Assembly: GCA_964016885.1 (NCBI GenBank)
Contig: OZ024742.1
Coordinates: 32,674,001 to 32,738,000 of the forward strand
Direction of reading: 5' to 3'
Length of the DNA: 64,000 bases
DNA from: Eledone cirrhosa
Taxonomy: Eukaryota
Shown: one piece after another, positions 1 through 16,531 of the stretch
How the letters are laid out: the number at the start of each line of letters is the position of its first letter
Position numbering within the stretch: the stretch's first letter is position 1
Notes under the pieces: model-generated
Database searches by the model: none
What the model saw: the letters and a program-made list of their open reading frames with translations, nothing else
Told to the model about the DNA's origin: nothing
Position numbers and translations under genes: made by a program

Positions 1-32
<32 letters not shown>

Positions 33-46
33 TATATATATATATT

Positions 47-97
<51 letters not shown>

Positions 98-154
98 TTA
101 TATATATATATTTATATATATATATTTATATATATATATTTATATATATATATT

Positions 155-191
<37 letters not shown>

Positions 192-207
192 ATATTTATA
201 TATATAT
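1..207. repeat. (TA)n microsatellite with TTTA interruptions
   Basis: Direct reading. Similar tracts at 1817-1918, 2070-2289, 2461-4345, 6065-6373, 7122-7800, 8390-8548 and 9110-9933. Confidence 0.95.
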
Positions 208-730
208 TTATAAGACCGGATGCCCATGGGAACTCCTGTATGCTGATGACCTCGCACTCATAGCTGAATCTATGGTAGAACTAGAGAATAAATTCCAAAC
301 CTGGAAGCAGGGACTAGAGAGAAAGGGCCTCAAAGTCAACATGACAAAGACTAAGGTCCTTATAAGTAGACGAGAAAACAGAACCCAGATCCCCTCAGGG
401 AAATGGCCTTGCTCAGTATGTAGGAAAGGTGTAGGTAGGAACTCCATTCTTTGCCCCAAATGCAAACAATGGGTACACAAGAGATGTAGCGGGATCTCAG
501 GAAGCTTAATTAAGAATGTAGGATTCACATGCAGCAGCTGTGCTGAAACAGCAAGCAAACAGCCACAGGAAACAAGTACCACCAATCTCTGGGAGGGCCC
601 TGTAGAAACAGTAGACAGCTTCTGCTACCTAGGTGACCAAATTAGCAACGGAGGTGGGTGCTCAGAAAGTACAATAACTAGGGTAAGAACGGGATGGAAG
701 AAGTTTAGGGAACTACTACCACTGCTAGCT
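208..730 (+). mobile_element. RTE-clade LINE fragment (family B; RT C-terminal part and Cys/His finger), cut by the assembly gap
   Basis: Encodes [13 protein letters not shown]...CSVC...CPKCKQWVHKRC...FCYLGD. Nearly identical to ~57893-58416. Confidence 0.9.
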
Positions 731-930
731 NNNNNNNNNNNNNNNNNNNNNNNNNNNNNNNNNNNNNNNNNNNNNNNNNNNNNNNNNNNNNNNNNNNNNN
801 NNNNNNNNNNNNNNNNNNNNNNNNNNNNNNNNNNNNNNNNNNNNNNNNNNNNNNNNNNNNNNNNNNNNNNNNNNNNNNNNNNNNNNNNNNNNNNNNNNNN
901 NNNNNNNNNNNNNNNNNNNNNNNNNNNNNN
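731..930. other. Assembly gap (200 N)
   Basis: Run of N. Confidence 1.
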
Positions 931-1291
931 AATATGTGGTGGGAAGCACGTGTGTGTGGTTTAAGCGTGTTGTGGGTGGCGTGTGGATAAAAAAATTTGT
1001 TTTGGGATGTGTGTGTGGGTGAGTTATATAGGTGATGGTGTTAGAGGATGGTTGAAAAGTGGTAAGTTACACGGATGTATGGAGATTTTGGTTGGAAGTC
1101 AAAACGCGTGTGGGTAATCCAAGAAGCGGTGGTCGGAAGAGGAGAGATGTGGGGTGCGCGCGCAACAGGAAGTGGTCAGCAGTGGAAGTGCTGTGGTCAG
1201 TGGGTGCTGAGACAGTGGTCGGAAGGGCATAGCAGCAGTCAGCGGAATGGTAGGGAGGCGAGGATGGGTAGGTGTGAGAGTTGGAGTGAGG

Positions 1292-1334
<43 letters not shown>

Positions 1335-1816
1335 TAGTAGGGGTGTTAGTGGGATGGGTGTGTGTGGTTCTATGGAGGGAGTGTGGTGTACTGGTGTGTG
1401 TAGTTTGGTGAGGAGGTGTTAGTGGGTGTTAGTAGACGGGAGGTGGGAGGGGTGGAATGCAGGTGTGAGTGGGGGTTAGTGGGGGTAGGGTGTGTAGAGT
1501 TGGTGGTGTACGAGGGTGTGTGGGTACGTGTGCGTGGGGTTGGAGGGTGTTAGTGATGTTAGTTGCGTGTAGGGTGGGTGGTGTAAGTGTGTGCGTGTGA
1601 TAAGGAGGGGGGAGGAGGAGAAGAGGGGAGGGAAGGGATGTTAGTATGTTAGTTGGGGAAGGGTGGTTAGATGAGGGGTGGAGTGGGGGTGTTAGTATTG
1701 TTAGTGTGGGGTGGGCGGTGAAAAGGAGGGGTGTGTTAGTGGGGGATAAGTGGGGGAGGGGGGCGGTCGAACGCTAAAGGAATAAGGGTGGGGAGTTCAG
1801 GTCGGGGGGGGGGGGA
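931..1816. repeat. G/T-rich low-complexity segment with (GT)n and recurring GTTAG/GGGG runs
   Basis: Strong strand skew, (GT)n at ~1296-1332, no credible ORF. Confidence 0.6.
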
Positions 1817-1872
1817 TATATTTATTTATATATATTTATATATATATATATATTTATATATATATTTATATA

Positions 1873-1917
<45 letters not shown>

Positions 1918-1921
<4 letters not shown>

Positions 1922-2069
1922 TCATCATCAACGTTTAACGTCCGTGTTCCACGCTTGCATGGGTTTGGACGGGGGGTAGTTCCACTTGAGGCAAGAGTGA
2001 TTGTCTTGCTCGCATAGGACTGTCTGGCAGGTTTTCTACAGTTGGATGCCCTTCCTAACACCAACCACA
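1918..2069 (-). mobile_element. 3' end of RTE LINE family A with (GAT)n tail, embedded in (TA)n
   Basis: Matches ~9946-10099, the 3' end of the near full-length copy. Confidence 0.9.
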
Positions 2070-2129
2070 TTTATATATATATATATATTTATATATTTAT
2101 ATATATATATATTTATATATATATATATT

Positions 2130-2164
<35 letters not shown>

Positions 2165-2461
2165 TTATATATTTATATATATATATATTTATATATATAT
2201 ATATATTTATATATATTTATATATATATATTTATATATTTATATATATATATTTATATATTTATATATATATATATTTATATATATATAAAAATACGTAT
2301 TTAAGAAAGCCACAACAATGCAAAGGGAAATCTCGAGGTAGGAAGTGAAATATAGATAGGAAAAACAGGTGAAAGTGAAAGTTGAGAGAGACAAAGATGA
2401 AAACAAGACAAAGGTAGAAGGGTTACCGTAGTAGAAGGGTTACCGTAGTAGAGATTTTAAT

Positions 2462-2492
<31 letters not shown>

Positions 2493-2579
2493 ATATTTAT
2501 ATATATTTATATATATATATTTATATATTTATATATATATATTTATATATTTATATATATATATTTATATATATATATT

Positions 2580-2660
<81 letters not shown>

Positions 2661-2663
2661 ATT

Positions 2664-2780
<117 letters not shown>

Positions 2781-2781
2781 T

Positions 2782-3040
<259 letters not shown>

Positions 3041-3069
3041 TTATATATATATTTATATATATATATATT

Positions 3070-3208
<139 letters not shown>

Positions 3209-3221
3209 TTATATATATATT

Positions 3222-3257
<36 letters not shown>

Positions 3258-3263
3258 TATATT

Positions 3264-3335
<72 letters not shown>

Positions 3336-3361
3336 TATATATATATATATTTATATATATT

Positions 3362-3397
<36 letters not shown>

Positions 3398-3477
3398 TAT
3401 ATATATATATATTTATATATATTTATATATATATATTTATATATATATATATTTATATATATATATATATATATTTT

Positions 3478-3546
<69 letters not shown>

Positions 3547-3561
3547 TTATATTTATATATT

Positions 3562-3598
<37 letters not shown>

Positions 3599-3609
3599 TT
3601 ATATATATT

Positions 3610-3644
<35 letters not shown>

Positions 3645-3655
3645 TTATATATATT

Positions 3656-3688
<33 letters not shown>

Positions 3689-3975
3689 TTATATATATGT
3701 ATATATATATATGTATATATATGTATATATATATATGTATATATATATTTATATATATGTATATATATGTATGTATATATATATTTATATATATGTATAT
3801 ATATTGATATATATGTATATATATGTATATATATATATATGTATATATATATTTATATATATGTATATATATTGATATATATGTATATATATGTATATAT
3901 ATATATGTATATATATATTTATATATATGTATATGTATGTATATATATATTTATATATATATATGTATATATATG

Positions 3976-4006
<31 letters not shown>

Positions 4007-4239
4007 GTATATATATATATGTATATGTATATATATGTATATATATATATGTATATGTATATATATGTATATATATATATGTATATATATGTATATGTAT
4101 ATATATGTATATATATATGTATATATATATGTATATATATATGTATATGTATATATATGTATATATATATGTATATATATATGTATATATATATGTATAT
4201 GTATATATATATATTTATATATATTTATATATATATATT

Positions 4240-4270
<31 letters not shown>

Positions 4271-4489
4271 ATTTATATATATATATATTTATATATATAT
4301 ATATTTATATATATATATTTATTTATATATATTTATATATATATATGTACATGTACTCAGTTTTTCACTAGACACTTTACAGTGAGTGTCACCTAGTCTG
4401 TATGTAACCACACAGACGGACCGGGTTTTAGAGTCATACGAGTTTTCAAGGAAACACATTTCCTCTATTCTCCAGAGGGCCAGACAGGT

Positions 4490-4533
4490 ATATTGGACTA
4501 GTTTCGATGTTATTACATCTCATCAGCAATATT
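4490..4533 (-). ncRNA. Type I hammerhead ribozyme (inverted copy)
   Basis: Reverse complement reads AATATTG-CTGATGA-GATGT-aata-ACATC-GAAA-CTAG-TC-CAATAT. Confidence 0.85.
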
Positions 4534-4787
4534 TACCCATCTTCCGGCTTCTCTTGAGATGTACACTTTAACTTAATTGTTTAAGCGTCAGTCATACAAA
4601 AGTGAGTTAGAAGCGAAACGAAATTTAATTTCGTTTCATTATTTGTTTTTATCGTTTCCGCTGAACCGGTGCGTACAATGACTCACGTTCTATGCAAATT
4701 AGTCTACCCACTACTAATTTTCATAGAAAAAGCATATAACGATATGTGCTTTTACAATTCTCCAGAGAAGCCGGAAGATGGGTAAAT

Positions 4788-4832
4788 AATATTGCTGATG
4801 AGATGTAATAACATCGAAACTAGTCCAATATT
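4788..4832 (+). ncRNA. Type I hammerhead ribozyme
   Basis: Stem I AATATTG/CAATATT, core CTGATGA 4795-4801, stem II GATGT-aata-ACATC, GAAA 4816-4819, palindromic stem III CTAG, GTC cleavage triplet 4823-4825. Confidence 0.9.
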
Positions 4833-5256
4833 CCTGTCTGGCCCTCTGCAGAATAGAGGAAATGTGTTTCCTTGAAAACTCGTATGACTCTAAAACCCGG
4901 TCCGTCTGTGTGGTTACATACAGACTAGCTGACACTCACTGTAAAGTGTCTAGTGAAAAACTGAGTACATGTACATATGTATACATGTGTGTATTTATAT
5001 GCATACGAATACTTCCGTATACATATGTAGATGTACACTTTAACTTAATTGTTTAAGCGTCAGTCATACAAAAGTGAGTTAGAAGCGAAACGAAATTTAA
5101 TTTCGTTTCGTTATTTGTTTTTATCGTTTCCGCTGAACCGGTGCGTACAATGACTCACGTTCTGTGCAAATTAGTCTACCCACTACTAATTTTCATAGAA
5201 AAAGCATATAACGATATGTGCTTTTACAATTCTCCAGAGAAGCCGGAAGATGGGTA

Positions 5257-5301
5257 AATATTGCTGATGAGATGTAATAACATCGAAACTAGTCCAATAT
5301 T
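5257..5301 (+). ncRNA. Type I hammerhead ribozyme
   Basis: Same motif: CTGATGA 5264-5270, GAAA 5285-5288, GTC 5292-5294. Confidence 0.9.
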
Positions 5302-5728
5302 CCTGTCTGGCCCTCTGGAGAATAGAGGAAATGTGTTTCCTTGAAAACTCGTATGACTCTAAAACCCGGTCCGTCTGTGTGGACACATACAGACTAGCTG
5401 ACACTCACTGTAAAGTGTCTAGTGAAAAACTGAGTACATGTACATATGTATACATGTGTGTATTTATATGCATACGAATACTTCCGTATACATATGCAGA
5501 TGTATACTTTAACTTAATTGTTTAAGCGTCAGTCATACAAAAGTGAGTTAGAAGCGAAACGAAATTTAATTTCGTTTCGTTATTTGTTTTTATCGTTTCC
5601 GCTGAACCGGTGCGTACAATGACTCACGTTCTATGCAAATTAGTCTACCCACTACTAATTTTCATAGAAAAAGCATATAACGATATGTGCTTTTACAATT
5701 CTCCAGAGAAGCCGGAAGATGGGTAAAT

Positions 5729-5773
5729 AATATTGCTGATGAGATGTAATAACATCGAAACTAGTCCAATATT
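5729..5773 (+). ncRNA. Type I hammerhead ribozyme
   Basis: Same motif: CTGATGA 5736-5742, GAAA 5757-5760, GTC 5764-5766. Confidence 0.9.
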
Positions 5774-6510
5774 CCTGTCTGGCCCTCTGCAGAATAGAGG
5801 AAATGTGTTTCCTTGAAAACTCGTATGACTCTAAAACCCGGTCCGTCTGTGTGGTTACATACAGACTAGCTGACACTCACTGTAAAGTGTCTAGTGAAAA
5901 ACTGAGTACATGTACATATGTATACATGTGTGTATTTATATGCATACGAATACTTCCGTATACATATGTAGATGTACACTTTAACTTAATTGTTTAAGCG
6001 TCAGTCATACAAAAGTGAGTTAGAAGCGAAACGAAATTTAATTTCGTTTCGTTATTTGTTTTTATATTTATATATATATATTTATATATATATATATTTA
6101 TATTTATTTATATTTATTTATTTATATATTTATATTTATTTATATTTATTTATTTATATTTATTTATTTATATATATATATTTATATATATATATAATTA
6201 TATATATATATATATAATTATATATATATTTATTTATATATATATATTTATATATATATTTATTTATATATATATATTTATATATATATATATATATATA
6301 ATTATATATATATTTACATATATATATATATATAATTATATATATATATATTTATATATATATATTTATATATTAGAAAGTGAGGTTTTTTTTTATTTAC
6401 AAAATGAAAAATAACCGAGATTTATAAAAAAAATAAGACTCCAGTTGCATTTTCGATTTCATCTCTTTTTCTTTATATATATTTATATATATATATATAT
6501 ATATATTTAT

Positions 6511-7119
6511 ATAAGAGACGTAAAATAAGAAAATTATAAAATTAACTTGCTTACTAAAATATCACTTCCAACTAATTAGTTTCTGGAATGGAGTAAATAT
6601 ATTTTCCGAAGAATAATATGGAGAAGCATTCCGTCGTCAGGAAAGTCTATTCTCATGTAAGTTTCCAGGCAAAGCGAGGACACTGGAAACTTATTAAAAA
6701 AATAATTCAGTGGATAGGAAATAGCGAGGCGTGGACTGAATTCCAAGCCATTGAGAAAATCACTGCCTCTACGTCTGTGGCAAATTCAAAAAGAATCGAA
6801 CACGTGACATCGAGGTCAATCAGTGGAAAGTGGTTTGCTAATAAGACAGCGGCCTGCCTACAACCGTAGCAGCAGTCATGGCCAATATTGCTCGACAAAT
6901 AATTTGGAGATAATAATAAAGAATTCATATCTAGTAACATATATATACATACAGATGCATATCAATGCTAGCAAATATATAGGTTTTGTCTTAATAACAG
7001 TGTGGTTCAATGCATGGGGTTGCAGAACAATAATATAAGAGACGTAAAATAAGAAAATTATAAAATTAACTTACTAAAATATCACTTCCAACTAATTAGT
7101 TTCTGGAATGGAGTAAATA

Positions 7120-7122
<3 letters not shown>
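6511..7122 (-). mobile_element. Non-coding 524-bp unit plus ~88-bp partial tandem repeat carrying a hammerhead (Penelope pLTR or retrozyme-like 1.2-mer)
   Basis: ATAAGAGACGTAAAATAAG...GGAATGGAGTAAATAT occurs at 6511 and again at 7035; flanked by (TA)n. Confidence 0.7.
6564..6646 (-). ncRNA. Type I hammerhead ribozyme with long stem II
   Basis: Minus strand reads ACTTTC-CTGACGA-c-GGAATG...CATTCC-a-GAAA-CTAATTAG-TT-GGAAGT. Palindromic stem III, GUU triplet; first stem II pair is a C/A mismatch. Confidence 0.7.
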
Positions 7123-7174
<52 letters not shown>

Positions 7175-7249
7175 TTATATATATATATATTTATATATAT
7201 ATATATTTATATATATATATTTATATATATATATATTTATATATATATT

Positions 7250-7281
<32 letters not shown>

Positions 7282-7307
7282 TATATATATTTATATATAT
7301 ATATATT

Positions 7308-7344
<37 letters not shown>

Positions 7345-7647
7345 ATTTATATATATATATATTTATATATATTTATATATATTTATATATATATATATTT
7401 ATATATATTTATATATATTTATATATTTATATATTTATATATTTATATATATATATATTTATATATATATATATTTATATATATTTATATATATATATAT
7501 TTATATATATATATATTTATATATATTTATATATATATATATTTATATATATATATATTTATATATATATATATTTATATATATATATATTTATATATAT
7601 ATATATTTATATATATATTTATATATATATATATTTATATATATATA

Positions 7648-7678
<31 letters not shown>

Positions 7679-7689
7679 TTATATTTTTA

Positions 7690-7720
<31 letters not shown>

Positions 7721-7800
7721 TTATATTTTTATATTTATATATATTTATATATATATATATTTATATATATTTATATATATATATATTTATATATATTTAT

Positions 7801-8388
7801 ATCATCATCACCGTTTTACGTCCGTTCTTCCACGCTAGCATGGGTTAGACGGGTTGTCCTGTTGTGGGCAGTGTCTGGTCGGCTGACCATGCCTTGCTCA
7901 TACAGGAACTGATCTGGCTTGATTTCTACAGCTGGATGCCCTTCCTAACACCAACCTCATTTACAGTGAGTGCTGGGTGCTTTTTCGTGGCGCCTACACG
8001 TCCACTTTACAGTGTGGGCTGGGTGCTTTTTTGCCGTGGCACCTCCACGACCACCTTGCGGTGGGGGGGGGGGGATATTGTTTATATGCTTCAGCATGTA
8101 CCCATGGGAGGTCGGGTACCCTGTATTACTGCGTGACGCCAGAAGTCACGGTCGTGTGTCATTGACTTTGAGAGGTGTAGTTGGGTAAGGTCGGCTTTTA
8201 TCACCTCATCCCAAGTCATCTTGGGTCTCCCCACTCCGCAGTTTCCATCAACTTCTAGTGCTCTGCACCTTTTTATGCAGCTGTCATCCTTCATACGCAT
8301 CACATGTCCATACCAGCGTAACCGCCTCTCCTGCACGCAGCATTTGATTCCTCTTATGCTCAGTCTCTCTCTCAATTCCTTTATGCTT
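7801..8388 (-). mobile_element. 5'-truncated RTE LINE family B (3' end)
   Basis: Encodes [12 protein letters not shown]...GRPKMTW, followed by 3' UTR and (GAT)n. Matches 16532-17143 and ~28205-28807. Confidence 0.9.
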
Positions 8389-8472
8389 TGTATATATTTA
8401 TATATATTTATATATATTTATATATATATATATATTTATATATATATTTATATATATATTTATATATATATT

Positions 8473-8503
<31 letters not shown>

Positions 8504-8548
8504 ATATTTATATATATATTTATATATATTTATATATATATATTTATA

Positions 8549-9110
8549 TGTACACATCGCTTAAAAATATCCTTCTTTAGATGGGTTAAGAATGAAGAGT
8601 GAAATAGCACACTGGATCTCCCTGCAACAAGTCTTAACACCCCGGCGAGCAGGCGCAGCAAAATAACACCCAGAAAACAATCCCTGCATACCAAAAATTA
8701 TCCGGGAAAGACTGCCCTAACACCGGCCAAAGTTACCTCCCTTGACCTGCTGCAAAATCAAAACAAAATATTTTTGCGAACAATGAATCTTGATGTGGAT
8801 TTAACCCCCAAAACTCTTTCCGAACTATATAAGGAACACTTGTGATTGTTTATGCCCTTGAGAAGCCCAACTGGGCGAAACGTACGTAGGTGATATTTTA
8901 AATAAACATGTTTTAACGGTCTATTCTCCGATTTTTCACTTTCCCACGTGCTTACGCTCTGCTAACTCTCTAGCCCACTAAATATTAACACTTTGAATAT
9001 TTAATACTGCCGGCACTAGTATCGAGCACCTTTGGCATACGCTACTTTGCAAATAACTATATGTATCACCTATCCCTTCTTTTTTTCTCTCTTCCTCGAT
9101 ACGTAAATAC
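8549..9110 (+). mobile_element. Probable solo Penelope-type pseudo-LTR with a variant hammerhead (8851-8895)
   Basis: TATATAA at 8826, then CTTGAGAA-GCCC-aact-GGGC-GAAA-CGTACG-TA-GG, then AATAAA at 8901. Embedded in (TA)n. Confidence 0.5.
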
Positions 9111-9266
9111 TATATTTATATATATATATTTATATTTATATATATATATTTATATATATTTATATATATTTATATATATATTTATATATATTTATATATA
9201 TATTTATATATATATATTTATATATATTTATATATATATTTATATATATTTATATATATTTATATT

Positions 9267-9299
<33 letters not shown>

Positions 9300-9420
9300 T
9301 TATATATAGATTTACATATACATATAGATTTATATATATATTTATATATATATTTATATATATATATATATAGATTTATATATAGATTTACATATACATA
9401 TAGATTTATATATATATATT

Positions 9421-9452
<32 letters not shown>

Positions 9453-9466
9453 TATATATATATATT

Positions 9467-9498
<32 letters not shown>

Positions 9499-9540
9499 TA
9501 TATATATATATATTTATATATATATATTTATATATATATA

Positions 9541-9590
<50 letters not shown>

Positions 9591-9766
9591 TATATATATA
9601 TATTTATATATATATATTTATATATATATATTTATATATATATATTTATATATATATATTTATATATATATATTTATATATATATATTTATATATATATA
9701 TTTATATATATATATATATATATATAAATATATATATAAATATATAAATATATATATATATATATA

Positions 9767-9798
<32 letters not shown>

Positions 9799-9799
9799 A

Positions 9800-9836
<37 letters not shown>

Positions 9837-9855
9837 AATATATATATATATAAAT

Positions 9856-9928
<73 letters not shown>

Positions 9929-9933
9929 AATAT

Positions 9934-13847
<3,914 letters not shown>

Positions 13848-13868
13848 AATATATATAAATATATATAA

Positions 13869-14045
<177 letters not shown>

Positions 14046-14046
14046 A

Positions 14047-14133
<87 letters not shown>

Positions 14134-14222
14134 TATATAAATATATATATATATATAAATATATATAAATATATATAAATATATATAAATATATATAAAT
14201 ATATATAAATATATATAAATAT

Positions 14223-14253
<31 letters not shown>

Positions 14254-14324
14254 AATATATATAAATATATATATATATATAAATATATATAAATATATAT
14301 ATATATATAAATATATATAAATAT

Positions 14325-14355
<31 letters not shown>

Positions 14356-14456
14356 AATATATATAAATATATATAAATATATATAAATATATATAAATAT
14401 ATATATATATATATAAATATATATCAATATATATATATATATATAAATATATATAA

Positions 14457-14501
<45 letters not shown>

Positions 14502-14562
14502 TATATAAATATATATATATGTATATAAATATATATATATATATATATATAAATATATATAA

Positions 14563-14701
<139 letters not shown>

Positions 14702-14722
14702 AATATATATAAATATATATAA

Positions 14723-14757
<35 letters not shown>

Positions 14758-14778
14758 AATATATATAAATATATATAA

Positions 14779-14834
<56 letters not shown>

Positions 14835-14836
<2 letters not shown>

Positions 14837-15183
14837 AGGCACATGGCTTAGTGGTTAGAGCATTGGCCTTGCAATCGAAAGGTTGTGAGTTCAATTCTCA
14901 GACCGGGTGATGTGTTGTTTCCTTGAGCAAGACACTTTATTTCACATTGCTCCAGTTTACTCAGCTGTAGAAATGAGATGATAGGGACTGGGTTCCCTAT
15001 CATTCCACTGCAAAGTGGACGTGTAGGCGCCACGGCAAAAAAGCACCCAGCACTCACTGTAAATGAGGTTGGTGTTAGGAAGGGCATCCAGCTGTAGAAA
15101 TCAAGCCAGAATCAGTTCCCGTCCCACCCTTGCAAGCAGGGAAAAGCGGACGTAAAATGAAATGATGAAATGATGATGATGAT
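14835..15183 (+). mobile_element. tRNA-derived SINE (family 1) with CORE-like centre and RTE-derived 3' tail
   Basis: A box TGGCTTAGTGG, B box GAGTTCAATTC, CCTTGAGCAAGACACTT central motif, 3' part shared with the RTE-B 3' UTR, (GAT)n tail. Near-identical copy at 27484-27820. Confidence 0.85.
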
Positions 15184-15223
15184 ATATATAAATATATATA
15201 TATATATAAATATATAAATATAT

Positions 15224-15256
<33 letters not shown>

Positions 15257-15259
15257 AAT

Positions 15260-15310
<51 letters not shown>

Positions 15311-15358
15311 TATATAAATATATATATGTAAATAAATATATATAAATATATATATGTA

Positions 15359-15462
<104 letters not shown>

Positions 15463-15542
15463 TATATAAATATATATATGTAAATATATATATATAAATA
15501 TATATATGTAAATATATATATATAAATATATATATATATGTA

Positions 15543-15574
<32 letters not shown>

Positions 15575-15663
15575 GACGAGTGGAGAGATGCTGTGCTGAA
15601 TAAGACCCGTCCCACCCTTGCAAGCAGGGAAAAGCGGACGTAAGATGATGATGATGATGATGA
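15575..15663 (+). mobile_element. Extreme 3' end of a short-tailed RTE family (family E)
   Basis: Reads [22 protein letters not shown] followed directly by (GAT)n. Homologous to the ORF end in 49373-49835. Confidence 0.7.
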
Positions 15664-15838
15664 TATATATATATATATATAAATATATATATATAAATAT
15701 ATATATATAAATATATATATATAAATATATATATATAAATATATATATATATAAATATATATATATAAATATATATATATATAAATATATATATATATAA
15801 ATATATATATATATATTTAAATATATATATATATAAAT

Positions 15839-15895
<57 letters not shown>

Positions 15896-15896
15896 A

Positions 15897-15929
<33 letters not shown>

Positions 15930-15968
15930 AATATATATAAATATATATAAATATATATATATATATAA

Positions 15969-16003
<35 letters not shown>

Positions 16004-16031
16004 AATATATATATATAAATATATATATATA

Positions 16032-16077
<46 letters not shown>

Positions 16078-16204
16078 TATATAAATATATATAAATATAT
16101 ATATATATATATAAATATATATAAATATATATAAATATATATAAATATATATATATATATATAAATATATATAAATATATATATATATAAATATATATAT
16201 ATAA

Positions 16205-16235
<31 letters not shown>

Positions 16236-16250
16236 AATATATATATATAA

Positions 16251-16309
<59 letters not shown>

Positions 16310-16379
16310 AATATATATATAAATATATATAAATATATATAAATATATATATATAAATATATATAAATATATATATATA

Positions 16380-16419
<40 letters not shown>

Positions 16420-16491
16420 AATATATATATATAAATATATATATATAAATATATATATATAAATATATATATATAAATATATATAAATATA

Positions 16492-16530
<39 letters not shown>

Positions 16531-16531
16531 T

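Larger units (their letters stand above)
4345..6064 (+). mobile_element. Non-coding tandem array of ~470-bp hammerhead-bearing monomers (472/469/472 bp plus a partial) preceded by an inverted ~210-bp segment; retrozyme-like or non-autonomous Penelope-type element
   Basis: Monomers start (AGATGTA) at 4557, 5029, 5498 and 5970. 4345-4554 is the reverse complement of part of the monomer. One hammerhead core per unit; flanked by (TA)n. Confidence 0.85.

Noticed and set aside
2414-2451. 17-bp tandem duplication GTAGAAGGGTTACCGTA in a short unique island
   Set aside because: Two copies only, with no associated structure recognised.
4386-5997. Repeated 61-73 aa ORFs in the tandem array
   Set aside because: Non-ATG starts or no recognisable homology; they recur only because the DNA is repeated.
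14835-14910. tRNA gene (A and B boxes, GCA anticodon-like loop)
   Set aside because: The cloverleaf stems do not pair, and it continues into a SINE body repeated at 27484.
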